Assembly (NCBI GenBank): GCA_038321985.1
Contig: JBBQFN010000035.1
Coordinates: 1-55,063, forward strand
From: Cyanophyceae cyanobacterium
GTDB taxonomy: Bacteria > Cyanobacteriota > Cyanobacteriia > Cyanobacteriales > Laspinemataceae
Direction of reading: 5' to 3'
Length of the DNA: 55,063 nt
Positions 43,026 to 53,445 of the stretch are shown piece after piece. Position 1 is the stretch's first letter. Every line of letters starts with the position of its first letter. The notes beneath the pieces are model-generated. The model was not told the origin of the DNA. It made no database searches and saw only the letters and a list, made by a program, of their open reading frames with translations. The position numbers and the translations under genes are program-made.

Positions 43026-43541
43026 ATTTTTAGGTAGGAACGGTTGTGAATGGTCTGATGAAAGTCTCGCGATCGCAGGCCGTAGAACTAGGATTTCTTA
43101 AGTCTTAAATTCTCAGGCGATCGCGAGGAAGCCAACGAATGAGGTCCAGGAGAAATAGGGTAAAATTCAAGTTAGATTGAACCCGATAATCCCTCTCATT
43201 ATCACAATAATTGTTGGCTTTTTCTTTCTTTATTTTCTCATATTTATTGCTCACTGTTTCATTTTTGTTATATTTTTTAAAATATCTGTAGGGTCTTCGG
43301 CAGATGCTCCAACCCCCTGATTAAAATGTTCACCCTTGTCTGGATCTCTTACCATCTAATGGGATTATACTTCATCCACTCAATTCATTAACCCCCGGGA
43401 TTTATTCCCCTTTGGCTAAAGGATTAAACGTGAGAAGAGAGAGGTAGATCAATCCTCCCCGTTGCTCACACCCAATCGATTGGCTCCGATGCTCCAACTT
43501 CCGATTAACATAGGGGAAGTGAGTCAGGTCGAGGAGAATTC

Positions 43542-44540
43542 ATGAGTTTGCAAGCGGGTGAGACTCTGCACGGGGGAGAATATCAGGTAGTGCGATCGCT
43601 CAATCAAGGGCGGGTGGGGATTAGTTATTTGGCGCAGCGCAAAGGAGGCGATCGCGTTGTGATCAAGACATTGCGAGATCAGGTTTTGGCAAAACTGACC
43701 CCCCCGCAGCGAGACAAGTTGAATAACAAGCTGATTAATGAGGCGGTACGATTGGCTCGTTGTCATCATCCCCACATTGTCCGGTGTTTCGGTTCATTTC
43801 TGGAGCAGGGTCAGGCGTTTATTGTCATGGAGTTTGTGGCGGGGGATGACTTAGCCAGCTTGCCCACGAAAACCCTGCCGGAGGAGGAGGCGTTGATCTA
43901 TATCCGCCAAGTGGGAGAAGCGTTAACGGTGGTGCATGGGGAGGGGTTGGTGCATCGGGATATTAAGCCTGCCAATATCATGCTGCGGGCGGGAAAATCC
44001 GAGGCAGTGCTGATTGATTTTGGCGTGACGAAAGGGTTTGATGAGACGCTCACCTCGATTTATTCCAGTAATACCGATGGGTATAGCCCCCTGGAGCTTT
44101 ATGACCCCAATGAGAAGGCGAAACCTTATTCCGATGTCTATGCTTTAGCGGCGACGCTCTACACCCTGTTATCGGGGAATATACCCCCGAGTGCAGAAGA
44201 GCGGGTGAAGCAAGCGCGGAAGGCGCAGAATTTGCCAAACATTGTAGGAGTTAGTCCTGAAACGAATCGAGCCATTCGTGAGGGGATGGCGTTGGATTAT
44301 GGCGATCGCCCCCAAACCATCGAGGAGTTTTTAGCCTTGTTGCCGGTTCCCCAAAGGGTCAAACCGTTGCCACCGCAGCCCACTCCTGATCCCGGTTTTC
44401 GGATCAACCTCTATGCCCTTTATGTAGGGATTCTGGGAATTATTGTGGCGATTATTATCGGGATTTTTGCCCAAGATATCCGCAGGGGAATTGATGCTTG
44501 GTTCTTTTCCCCAGAAGTGGAGGAAAGGGACGATTCCTAA
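43542..44540 (+). CDS. Hanks-type Ser/Thr protein kinase with C-terminal TM helix
   Basis: VVIK, HRDIKPANIM, IDFG, YSPLE, SDVYALA; GAGGAG RBS. Confidence 0.92.
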   Translation: MSLQAGETLHGGEYQVVRSLNQGRVGISYLAQRKGGDRVVIKTLRDQVLAKLTPPQRDKLNNKLINEAVRLARCHHPHIVRCFGSFLEQGQAFIVMEFVAGDDLASLPTKTLPEEEALIYIRQVGEALTVVHGEGLVHRDIKPANIMLRAGKSEAVLIDFGVTKGFDETLTSIYSSNTDGYSPLELYDPNEKAKPYSDVYALAATLYTLLSGNIPPSAEERVKQARKAQNLPNIVGVSPETNRAIREGMALDYGDRPQTIEEFLALLPVPQRVKPLPPQPTPDPGFRINLYALYVGILGIIVAIIIGIFAQDIRRGIDAWFFSPEVEERDDS

Positions 44541-44652
44541 TCAAATCTCAGTCCGGTAGGTCATGTTTGGCTCGCAACTGAGTGAAAACCCGATCGCCTA
44601 TCCCTAGAAACCTGGTTTTTTGCATCTTCTCTTGTGATTCCCTAACATCATC

Positions 44653-45273
44653 ATGAAATATAACCCCGCAATTCATCATCGACGTTCTATCCGTCTCCCT
44701 TCCTATGATTATTCTCAGCCGGGAGCTTATTTCATTACACTGTGTACCACCCAAAAACAATGTTGGTTTGGGCAGATTCATGACGGACAAATGCACATCA
44801 ATCAACTGGGTAAAATCGTGCAGACTGAATGGCTAAAGTCTGCTAAAATGAGACCGAATTTAAGGCTAGATGAATGGATTGTCATGCCGAATCATTTACA
44901 TGGAATTGTCTGGATTGTTGAATCAGAACACCAGCAAAAAAGTAATTCAAGTCCTGTGCTTTTAGCTGAAGCAAATTGTAGAGACTTATCCAATGAATCG
45001 TCAAAACAATCATTTCATCGGAAAGCAAATTCCTTGGGTTCTTTTATTGGCGGGTTCAAAGCGAGTGTGACCAAACAAATTAATCAATTCCGTAAAAATA
45101 CATCTATTCCCATTTGGCAGAGGAATTATTATGAATCTATTATCCAAGATGAAAGAGCACTCGATTCAATTCGAGAATATATCCAACAAAATCCCCAACG
45201 TTGGGGAGAAGATCCAGATCATCCTCAATTTCAAGCCGATTTTTCAGAACTTTTACTGGATCTAGTATTTTAG
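44653..45273 (+). mobile_element. REP-associated tyrosine transposase (RAYT, IS200-like Y1 HUH)
   Basis: RRSIRLPSYDYSQPGAYFITLCT, HUH motif MPNHLHGI, WQRNYYESII, catalytic Tyr region IREYIQQNP. Adjacent REP array. Confidence 0.92.
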
Positions 45274-45278
45274 TCAAC

Positions 45279-45918
45279 TATGGGCGCAAGCATTGCTACC
45301 AGCCCATTACCCCAATTATATTGTAGGGGCGTATTGCATACGCCCTCAATCAAGGGCTCAATCAAGGGTACAAACATTGCGACCCTACCAGCCAATTATG
45401 CCCATTACATTGTAGTATTGCATACGCCCTCAAGGGTACAAACATTGCGACCCTACGAGCCCATTACCCCAATTACATTGTAGTATTGCATACGCCAACT
45501 ATGGGCGCAAGCATTGCTACGAGCCCATTATGGCAATTACATTGTAGCATACTCAAGGGCGCAAGCATTGCGCCCCTACCAGCCCATTATGGCAATTACA
45601 TTGTAGGGGCGTATTGCATACGCCAACTATGGGCGCAAGCATTGCGACCCTACGAGCCCATTACCCCAATTACATTGTAGTATTGCATACGCCAACTATG
45701 GGCGCAAGCATTGCGCCCCTACGAGCCCATTATCCTAATTAGATTGTAGGGGCGTATTGCATACGCCAACTATGGGCGCAAGCATTGCGCCCCTACCAGC
45801 CAATTACCCCAATTACATTGTAGGGGCGTATTGCATACGCCCTCCAGGGTACAAACATTGCGCCCCTACGAGCCCATTATGGCAATTACATTGTAGGGGC
45901 GCAACGCTTGCGCCCTAT
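45279..45918. repeat. Tandem array of GTAG-type REP doublets (about nine units of ~65-90 bp)
   Basis: GTAGGGGCGTATTGCATACGCC (full copies at 45323, 45603, 45746, 45820; deleted forms at 45413, 45480, 45677) alternates with the inverted GGGCGCAAGCATTGCGCCCCTAC. Linkers resemble gagcccattaccccaattacatt. Confidence 0.93.
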
Positions 45919-45997
45919 CTATCTTCTATCTTCGGCCGCTTTTAAGAGGGTAAAGGGGGAAAAAGAGCAGAGTGCAAGAGTGCTAAAGAGTAAAGGG

Positions 45998-47752
45998 CTA
46001 TAAGAGTCCTGCGCCAACGAGACAGACCCGAAACCCCAGGACGTCGTCGAAGCCGTCGGGCGGGCAGTCGATGCGGGCGGCTGAACGGCAGTTAATCGGG
46101 TCGTCCAACCAAGAACCGCCCCGCAGCACATAGCTTTTATCACTTTCCTCTAACAAAACCTTCAGATTTGCCGAAGGATTTCGATAACGATTCTTATTCT
46201 CTTTTATAGTCTCATCCCATACTCTACCATCCCTAGGCGCACCCTGATAATTGTCATGGAAGGGGTCGAAACACCACTCCCAAAGATTACCCTGTAAATC
46301 ATACAGTCCAAAGCCATTAGGAGGAAAACTGACTACTGGTGTGGTTTCTTTTCGATACTGCCCTTTAGCTTCCTCAGCAACGGTGATGTTCCCAGGATAA
46401 TTAGCCAGGTCCGTGGTGATGGCTTCCCCAAAGGCAAAGGGAGTCGTTGTTCCGGCACGGCACGCATATTCCCATTCCGCTTCACTGGGGAGGCGATAGT
46501 CCTTCCCCGTCAGCTTGTTCAGTCGAGTGCACCACTCCACCGCATCATACCAAGAGACCCATTCAACTGGACGATTCCCACCTTTAAAGGCAGAGGGGTC
46601 CGGGTCAAGGTCTCGGACAAGAGTTCCCACTTGCGTCACCACTGTGCGCCATTGGTCTTGGGTGACGGGAGTTTTTCCCATGAAAAAGGGGGAAACCTGC
46701 ACGGAATGCTGAGGACTTTCTCGCCTAAACCATTCCAACTCATACTTTTTACACAGGCGCTCGATTTCTGCCTCCTCTGTCCCCATCAAAAATGTGCCTC
46801 CGGGGATTTGCACCATGTCCAAGCGCACCCCCTGACCCAAATCCTGGGGATAAAACCGCGCCTGACCAGGGATTTTCTGAATAATTTTCCCCTGACGGTT
46901 GACCAGCACGGTTTCAAAACTAAAGGAGGGTAAACCCCCACCACCGTTAGGCAAAAGGGCCAACCAATCCGCCAAGGTTTGGGGACGGTCTTCTGGCTCC
47001 ACTGCCATCCCCTGCTTAATGGCATTTTGGAGTTCTAGCGACCAATGGCTGGGAATATCCAGCCGATCGCGCCGCACCCGCATGGTGGCAATGGGCGGTA
47101 AAATGCCCGTCAGCAGATAGTAGAGGGTCGCCGCCAAGGCATAGACATCGGTAAATTCCCCCCGGTGCTCCTGTTCGTCGTACTGCTCAATCGGCGCAAA
47201 ACAGGGGGTAAAGGCGATGGTGTGGGTTTGGGTCAAGTTTGGGATAAACTCCCGGGCAATGCCAAAATCAATCAGCACCGCCTCATCTGCTGGCAACCGG
47301 ACCATAATGTTATGGGGCTTAATATCCCGATGGAGCAAACCCTTCTTGTGGATGACGCTCAACGCTTCCCCCACCTCCCGGATGTAGCGCAACGCCACCG
47401 CTTCGGACAAGGCCCCTGCGCGCAAGACGCGATCGGATAAATCCTGCCCCTGAATATATTCCATCACCATACAGGGCAGCCCCTCATGGTAGAAGTGATT
47501 GACCACCTTGACAATATGCCGATGGCTACAGATGGCGATTTTAGCGGTTTCCCGGTCAAAGTCGCGCATAAACTTCTCCCGATAGGGGATGTACTCCGGG
47601 TCGGTCATCACCTCATCTTTGAGGGTTTTGAGCACCCACTGTTGACCCTCACGGTCTTTAACCAAGTAGGTGATGCCAAAACCGCCCGGTTTGAGCTTCT
47701 TTTCGATGGTATAGCGATCGCCAAATATTTTCGTACCCGGTTGCCAAACCAT
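45998..47752 (-). CDS. Ser/Thr kinase fused to an FGE-sulfatase (CLec-fold) domain; probable DGR target
   Basis: Kinase motifs HRDIKPHNIM, DFG, FAPIEQ. FGE motifs RLPSEAEWEYACRAGT, NGFGLYDLQGNLWEWC, VLRGGSW...GFRV. Confidence 0.92.
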   Translation of the reverse strand: MVWQPGTKIFGDRYTIEKKLKPGGFGITYLVKDREGQQWVLKTLKDEVMTDPEYIPYREKFMRDFDRETAKIAICSHRHIVKVVNHFYHEGLPCMVMEYIQGQDLSDRVLRAGALSEAVALRYIREVGEALSVIHKKGLLHRDIKPHNIMVRLPADEAVLIDFGIAREFIPNLTQTHTIAFTPCFAPIEQYDEQEHRGEFTDVYALAATLYYLLTGILPPIATMRVRRDRLDIPSHWSLELQNAIKQGMAVEPEDRPQTLADWLALLPNGGGGLPSFSFETVLVNRQGKIIQKIPGQARFYPQDLGQGVRLDMVQIPGGTFLMGTEEAEIERLCKKYELEWFRRESPQHSVQVSPFFMGKTPVTQDQWRTVVTQVGTLVRDLDPDPSAFKGGNRPVEWVSWYDAVEWCTRLNKLTGKDYRLPSEAEWEYACRAGTTTPFAFGEAITTDLANYPGNITVAEEAKGQYRKETTPVVSFPPNGFGLYDLQGNLWEWCFDPFHDNYQGAPRDGRVWDETIKENKNRYRNPSANLKVLLEESDKSYVLRGGSWLDDPINCRSAARIDCPPDGFDDVLGFRVCLVGAGLL

Positions 47753-48125
47753 AGGAGAGAACCAGAGACTACCTACCCAGTTTACAGCAACCCTCCTCTG
47801 AGAACCCCCCTTTCCAAGGTAGGGCCATTTGATTATAACGGGGGAGCCAGAAAAGGAAAGGCATTCTCTCTCACCTAATTGATGACTCAGGGATCTATTT
47901 TTGTTATCTTTTTTAAAATATTTCCCCGGTTGAGGATAGCCTCTTCAAGCAAGCTCGGTTCAAGTGTGATTTTCCTCTGGGCGTCGGATGATGTGAGATT
48001 TTTTTAGCCTGATTTTGATGATGCCCAGGACAAGCTATAACATTATCGGACTAGATTTTATACTTTCTCTAGTACCCCATATAATCGGAGTAAGCCAGTT
48101 GATTCGCGCCTAAACAACACTCCCC

Positions 48126-48150
48126 AAAAAAATAGCCCGCATAAGCGGGC
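48126..48150 (-). terminator. Intrinsic terminator after dnaK
   Basis: Minus strand gcccgc-ttat-gcgggc followed by tattttttt. Confidence 0.85.
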
Positions 48151-48206
48151 GTCCGGGAAGAGTGAGGGTTAACCCTATCTCTCTTCCTATACATGATCCT
48201 ACTGAT

Positions 48207-50120
48207 CTACTTCGTTTCGGAGAACTCAGCATCGATTACATCTTCGTCAGAACCGCCCGAGGGAGGAGTACCACCACTGCCGTCGCCATTATCATTCGGG
48301 GGGCCACCTTCAGCGCTACCGGATTGCTCGTAAATCTTGCTGCCGATCGCATACAGAGCTTGTTGCAACTCGGTCATCTGAGACTTCATGAGGTCCAAAT
48401 CATCCTTGGCGATCGCATCCTTAAGCGCCTGAACCAAATCCATCACCTTCGTCTTCTCATCTGCCGGGACCTTATCTCCCAACTCACTCATCTGCTTCTC
48501 AGCTTGATAAGTTAACGAATCCGCTTGGTTCTTCAGGTCAATCTTCTCGCGACGTTCTTTATCGGCAGAAGCATTGGATTCAGCTTCCCGGACCATCCGT
48601 TCCACTTCATCTCCAGGCAGCGTACTCGCACCCGTAATACTAATCGATTGTTCCTTCCCAGTCCCCTTATCCTTGGCATGGACATTCAAGATCCCGTTCG
48701 CATCGATATCGAAGGTCACTTCAATTTGGGGAATCCCACGCTGTGCCGGGGGAATTCCATCTAAGCGGAACGTTCCCAAACTCTTGTTATCGTTGGACAT
48801 CTCGCGTTCCCCTTGCAGAATGTGGATTTCCACATTCGTTTGACCATCCACTGCGGTGGAGAACACTTCTGACTTCTTCGTTGGAATCGTGGTGTTCCGA
48901 GGAATAATCTTGGTCATCACGCCACCGAGGGTTTCCACACCCAGGGAGAGGGGAGTCACGTCCAGCAGCAGAATATCTTTGACTTCACCGGCTAGCACCC
49001 CAGCTTGAATTGCGGCACCCACGGCCACTACTTCATCCGGGTTCACGGTTTGGTTAGGTTCTTTCCCTAACACCTTCTTCACCAGTTCTTTGACCGCAGG
49101 AATCCGGGTAGAACCTCCGACGAGAACCACTTCATCGATCGCACTCTTATCCACCTTCGCGTCCCGAACTGCATTCTCCACGGGAATACCGCAACGGTCG
49201 ATCAAGTCTGCCGCCAGTTCCTCAAACTTAGCGCGAGTCAAGGTCGTATCTAAGTGTTTTGGACCTTCCTGGGTGGCGGTGATAAACGGCAGGTTGATTT
49301 CCGTTTGGGTGACACTGGAAAGCTCAATTTTGGCCTTTTCAGCCGCCTCGGTCAACCGTTGCAGCGCTTGCTTATCCTTGCGCAGATCAATCCCTTCTGC
49401 TTTACGGAATTCTTCGGCGAGGAAGTCCACAATCTTCTTATCAAAGTCATCCCCACCCAAGTGGGTATCTCCAGAGGTGGCGAGCACTTCAAACACGCCG
49501 TCGCCGACTTCTAAGATCGAGACGTCGAAGGTCCCACCGCCCAAGTCAAAGACCAGGATGGTTTCGTTACTCTTCTTATCTAACCCGTAAGCCAGAGAAG
49601 CCGCCGTCGGTTCGTTGATAATCCGCAGCACTTCGACCCCAGCAATTTTCCCGGCGTCTTTTGTCGCTTGACGCTGAGAGTCGTTGAAATAGGCCGGAAC
49701 CGTAATCACGGCTTGGGTGACTTTTTCACCCAGGTAGCTGCTGGCATCATCTACCAGCTTCCGCAGCACTTGAGCGGAAATTTCTTCGGGAGCATATTGC
49801 TTGCTTAAGGCAGGGCAATCGACCTTAACGTTGCCATTGATATTGAGGACTTTATAGGAAACCTCGGTGGTTTCGTGAGTGACTTCAGTATGTTTGCGTC
49901 CGATGAACCGCTTTACGGAATAGAAGGTGTTTTCCGGGTTCATCACCGCTTGACGCTTGGCGATTTGACCTACGAGGCGATCGCCATTTTTGGTGTAAGC
50001 CACCACCGAAGGGGTCGTGCGAAAGCCTTCTGCGTTGGCAATCACGGTGGGCTTACCGCCTTCCATCACGGCAACGCAAGAGTTTGTCGTACCTAAGTCA
50101 ATTCCAACTACTTTACCCAT
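48207..50120 (-). CDS. dnaK: Chaperone DnaK (DnaK2-type)
   Basis: [26 protein letters not shown]-terminal DVIDAEFSE. Confidence 0.99.
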   Translation of the reverse strand: MGKVVGIDLGTTNSCVAVMEGGKPTVIANAEGFRTTPSVVAYTKNGDRLVGQIAKRQAVMNPENTFYSVKRFIGRKHTEVTHETTEVSYKVLNINGNVKVDCPALSKQYAPEEISAQVLRKLVDDASSYLGEKVTQAVITVPAYFNDSQRQATKDAGKIAGVEVLRIINEPTAASLAYGLDKKSNETILVFDLGGGTFDVSILEVGDGVFEVLATSGDTHLGGDDFDKKIVDFLAEEFRKAEGIDLRKDKQALQRLTEAAEKAKIELSSVTQTEINLPFITATQEGPKHLDTTLTRAKFEELAADLIDRCGIPVENAVRDAKVDKSAIDEVVLVGGSTRIPAVKELVKKVLGKEPNQTVNPDEVVAVGAAIQAGVLAGEVKDILLLDVTPLSLGVETLGGVMTKIIPRNTTIPTKKSEVFSTAVDGQTNVEIHILQGEREMSNDNKSLGTFRLDGIPPAQRGIPQIEVTFDIDANGILNVHAKDKGTGKEQSISITGASTLPGDEVERMVREAESNASADKERREKIDLKNQADSLTYQAEKQMSELGDKVPADEKTKVMDLVQALKDAIAKDDLDLMKSQMTELQQALYAIGSKIYEQSGSAEGGPPNDNGDGSGGTPPSGGSDEDVIDAEFSETK

Positions 50121-50280
50121 AGGGATGTTTTACTCCAGTTAACTACTAACAAAGGGTTTGGGCTTATTCAGCCCGGTTTATTTGGGCTATCGGAGGAACT
50201 GCACAAGAGCAGTTTTTCCAGCTTGAATATGTTTTACGCCTACCAATCTATATGGTGTGGGCGGTTGGGCTTCTATTGAA

Positions 50281-50320
50281 GGGGAGTTTACCGAACCTTG
50301 TTAGGGACGGTTTACCGAGA
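50281..50320 (-). promoter_or_regulatory. Two K-box-like elements upstream of dnaK
   Basis: Minus strand GTTCGG-TAAA-CTCCCC (50281-50296) and TCTCGG-TAAA-CCGTCC (50305-50320) resemble the cyanobacterial chaperone K-box GTTCGG-NNAN-CCNNAC. Confidence 0.5.
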
Positions 50321-50454
50321 AGTCAGCCTTGAGGCGTATATTTGTGGGGCGATCGCCTTTCATTTCGGCCTCGGGAAAGCCAATTTTGCGATCGCTTAGT
50401 TTTCCCTCCACTGCCCCTAAATCCCGGGAAACTTTCTACCTGCTTTAAGTAGTT

Positions 50455-51030
50455 TTACCCTGGGGTTGCCCATAAATCTTTTAAAAGTTCAGGATCGCTT
50501 TGAGCGATTTTCCCCTCAGATTTCTCTCCCATTAGATCCCCGTTCTTTTCCACTGGCATCACCGGGCTGATTTCCGGTTTAACCCCCTCCCGGGGGACCT
50601 TCACCACCTGGGGTTGTTGGGCGGAAAGTTTCGGCAAGGTTAAGGTCAAAACCCCATCTTTCAAAACCGCTTCGATGCGATCGGGTACGATGGGTTTTGG
50701 CAAGGGCACGACCCGCCTGAATTTGCCATAACGGAGTTCTGAACTCAGGTAACTGCGGTGGTGACTCCCTGCATTGGGTGACTGACGGTGGGCGGCGATC
50801 GCCACTTGAAAGCGACTCGCTTGTACATCAATCTCCGACCCTAGTAACCCCGGCAATTCCACCTGCAGCACAAAGCTATTCTCGGTTTCTTTTAGTTCGA
50901 TCGCCGGTTGCCACACTCTACCCATTTCGGGACGTTGGCACGGGGGTTTTTCATTCAAGAGTTGTTCAAATTGACGTCCCCAGGCATCGACCTCGCGTAA
51001 CAGGTCAAAATTATTCATTGCTGTTCTCAT
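50455..51030 (-). CDS. Hsp20/alpha-crystallin small heat shock protein
   Basis: WQPAIELKET, ELPG, SELRYGKFRRVVPLP, AVLKDGVLTLTLPK; GGAGAGG RBS. Confidence 0.9.
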   Translation of the reverse strand: MRTAMNNFDLLREVDAWGRQFEQLLNEKPPCQRPEMGRVWQPAIELKETENSFVLQVELPGLLGSEIDVQASRFQVAIAAHRQSPNAGSHHRSYLSSELRYGKFRRVVPLPKPIVPDRIEAVLKDGVLTLTLPKLSAQQPQVVKVPREGVKPEISPVMPVEKNGDLMGEKSEGKIAQSDPELLKDLWATPG

Positions 51031-51250
51031 CGCGTTTCCTCTCCAAAATAAGAGTCAATTCTGAAATCAGTAGAGTGGGCTTTATCGAGTTAATCGAAAC
51101 TATGGGGCGATCAAAACCTCGATAAAATTTTATGTAACCTTGGGAAACTTAACCCGTTTCCTCCCGGCTATTGATGCATTTATTTTGCACATTTCCAGAA
51201 AGTTACCTCTCTCTAATGTTGGCAAATTGGCACTGTTTTTACCAGGGGGT

Positions 51251-51392
51251 AAACCGTAAGAAGACTGTTGTATTTGCCCCCGATGGGCGAAAAACTTTTA
51301 AACTCTGGTTCCGGTTTGACCATGACTCTACAATAAGAAAATATCGGTTTAGACTAAGGGGTGCAAACCGTAAGAAGATTGTTGTATTTGCC
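51251..51392. repeat. 28-bp direct repeat pair, 114 bp apart
   Basis: aaaccgtaagaagaYtgttgtatttgcc at 51251-51278 and 51365-51392. Confidence 0.85.
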
Positions 51393-51575
51393 GTCAAAAT
51401 ATCCCAGGAGTCTTGATAAGAATCATAAAAGGGAGAAAACCCCGACCTATTCCAGGGTGCGCCCGCCCTGCTCAGCAACCGTCTGTCACTGGGGTTGAGA
51501 AAAAGCCTAGTTTGAAAAACCCAATTCTGTATTAGCAAGGGGAAGCTACCGAATTATGCAATTTAGCTCATCAAA

Positions 51576-51606
51576 AACCCTCCAGGTTTAAGCCACCTGG
51601 AGGGTT
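51576..51606 (-). terminator. Intrinsic terminator after the homospermidine synthase gene
   Basis: aaccctccagg...cctggagggtt with an A-run on the left (U-tail on the minus strand). Confidence 0.8.
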
Positions 51607-51633
51607 CAAGATAGAGACAGACTTACTCAGCCG

Positions 51634-52821
51634 CTAGCCGTGTCCATTCCGGATCGGCGTACCGCAAGGATAAGTTGCCACAGGCGCGGGTCTTTCGGAA
51701 GAGTTCTTGACTGTTCGTTCGGATTTTTTAGCTTGAGCCAATTGGTAGTCTAATTGCAGTTTAGTTAACATTTCCTGGCGGCGATCATAAAGTCGCTTGA
51801 GGGAACGCGGCGGACATTGATTCATTACATAAGCCGTTAGAATCGGTAAGGCGATCGTGCTATCGGTGTAGCAAACAACCGTATTGGGCAGTTCATTAGG
51901 ATCAACTTTGCCCCAGCTTACGGCTTCAGAAGGGGTAGCACCGGATAAACCGCCCGTATCGGGGCGAGCGTCGGTAATCTGGATGAAATAGTCATGTCCC
52001 CGTTCTTCCAAGCCCAGAACCTCGTGAATTTGGGGTTGGGTTTGCAGGAGGAAGTTTTTCGGAGAACCGCCACCGAGAATGAAAGCGGCACTTTCGCCGG
52101 GGAAGTCCTTATTGGGGTCCCGCGCCGCATAGGCGATCGCCGCCGTTTCGTTGACATCGATCGCCGGGTCAATCATCAGTTCCGACCCTTCCAGCGCAAC
52201 CGCTGCTACATTCATCCCGATCGAGCTATCACCCGGTGACGAGGTATAAATTGGGACTCCGCACTCATACGCTGTTGCCAACAGGCAGGAATGCTCTACA
52301 CCCCGCTGTTTTTCAATTTCACTCACATATTTTCCCAGCAGATAGTGAAATTCTGCCGTTCCCATCCGTTTCTGAAACGGTTCCGCTCTCAAAACCGTTC
52401 GGATAAAGGCATCAGTCTCCAACAACACATCGTAGTCAAAAATAATGTCGTAGATTCGGATATGGCCTTCTTCCCGCAGCTTAATATCATCTACGAAAGG
52501 ATTCCCCGCATACAGGTTTAATCCCAATCCGTAATGGATATCGTGATACAGATTTGCGCCGGTACTGATGATGTAATCAATAAAGCCGCTCCGGATCAAC
52601 GGTGCTAAAGCTGAGACCCCAAATCCTGCCGGAGTCATGGCCCCAGACAGGCTCAGTCCCACTGTCACCCCTTCGCGCATCACTTTTTGGGTGAGCAGGT
52701 GACAAATTTCCCGCAAGCGAGCGGAATTATAAGCGGTGAAGTAGCGGTCAATTAAATCCACGACGCTCACGTTCTCAGTCATGGGGGCCGGTGCAATTTT
52801 GCGATCTATCATTTGAGACAT
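51634..52821 (-). CDS. speY: Deoxyhypusine-synthase-like protein (cyanobacterial homospermidine synthase)
   Basis: [58 protein letters not shown]. Confidence 0.9.
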   Translation of the reverse strand: MSQMIDRKIAPAPMTENVSVVDLIDRYFTAYNSARLREICHLLTQKVMREGVTVGLSLSGAMTPAGFGVSALAPLIRSGFIDYIISTGANLYHDIHYGLGLNLYAGNPFVDDIKLREEGHIRIYDIIFDYDVLLETDAFIRTVLRAEPFQKRMGTAEFHYLLGKYVSEIEKQRGVEHSCLLATAYECGVPIYTSSPGDSSIGMNVAAVALEGSELMIDPAIDVNETAAIAYAARDPNKDFPGESAAFILGGGSPKNFLLQTQPQIHEVLGLEERGHDYFIQITDARPDTGGLSGATPSEAVSWGKVDPNELPNTVVCYTDSTIALPILTAYVMNQCPPRSLKRLYDRRQEMLTKLQLDYQLAQAKKSERTVKNSSERPAPVATYPCGTPIRNGHG

Positions 52822-52858
52822 TTTTCACTCCAAAGATTTGAAATACAGGGCATAGTGG

Positions 52859-53445
52859 CCTTAGTAGACAAAGCGACTAAGGCGATTGACTGTGCTCAAT
52901 CGTGAATATTTAAGATTGACATTCCTGCCCGAGGTGAAGGATCCGCTCAGGTTCGTTTGAACCTAGCTCATCCTTGGGCAGTCGCTGGATGCCTTAACCT
53001 GACGCTCTCATAAGCATTACGCCCATTAACGGAGCCGACAGATGTTTCGTTCATCTGATGCGAGTTTCTCTGTCATCAATCCGCTCTATTTTGTAGATAG
53101 AGGTAGGAAGGACAATTCCAGCTTGTTTAGAGACGCTTATCGAGCTTCGCCTCATTGTCAAAATTTTGTGGGTTTATAACCCCGACCGACCTAGTTTGCG
53201 GACCCGTCAAGATTTAGGGACTTGACGGCAGCTTGGAACAAGCTGTAGAAGTAACGAGCGCAAACCTTATCTAACAGGCCGATCGGACCATACTAGGCGC
53301 TTCACATCGATCAGTCCAGGATAGCGCCGGGTCGCAATGCCGTTTACGCTTCAACTGCAGATCCAGATACCAAAGGCCACGCCAAGGGTAGCCAGTTAGA
53401 GCAAAGAGTTTCAACGTTGTTATGCAACCTCTCTTGGAAGACAAC
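52859..53445 (-). ncRNA. Candidate large structured RNA / 5' leader of speY
   Basis: At least eight local hairpins plus long-range complementarities. TATAGT -10-like hexamer at 53452-53457 on the minus strand. No long ORF. Confidence 0.55.

Noticed and set aside
45279..45918. Possible CRISPR array
   Set aside because: The intervening sequences are near-copies of each other rather than unique spacers, the palindromes alternate in orientation, no cas genes are present, and a RAYT is adjacent.
45280..45945. Short ORFs of 62-67 aa inside the REP array
   Set aside because: They are translations of the repeat units with no sign of real coding.
48162..50096. Antisense ORFs over dnaK, and similar ones over the RND genes, bamA and the ABC1 kinase
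   Set aside because: They are shadow ORFs caused by codon bias of the real genes on the opposite strand.
51251..51392. Mini-CRISPR
   Set aside because: Only two copies, an 86-bp gap, no palindrome and no cas context.
52860..53445. RNase P RNA, tmRNA or a group I/II intron
   Set aside because: No GAGGAAAGTCC core, no tRNA-like ends, no GUGYG start or domain V, and no interrupted host gene.
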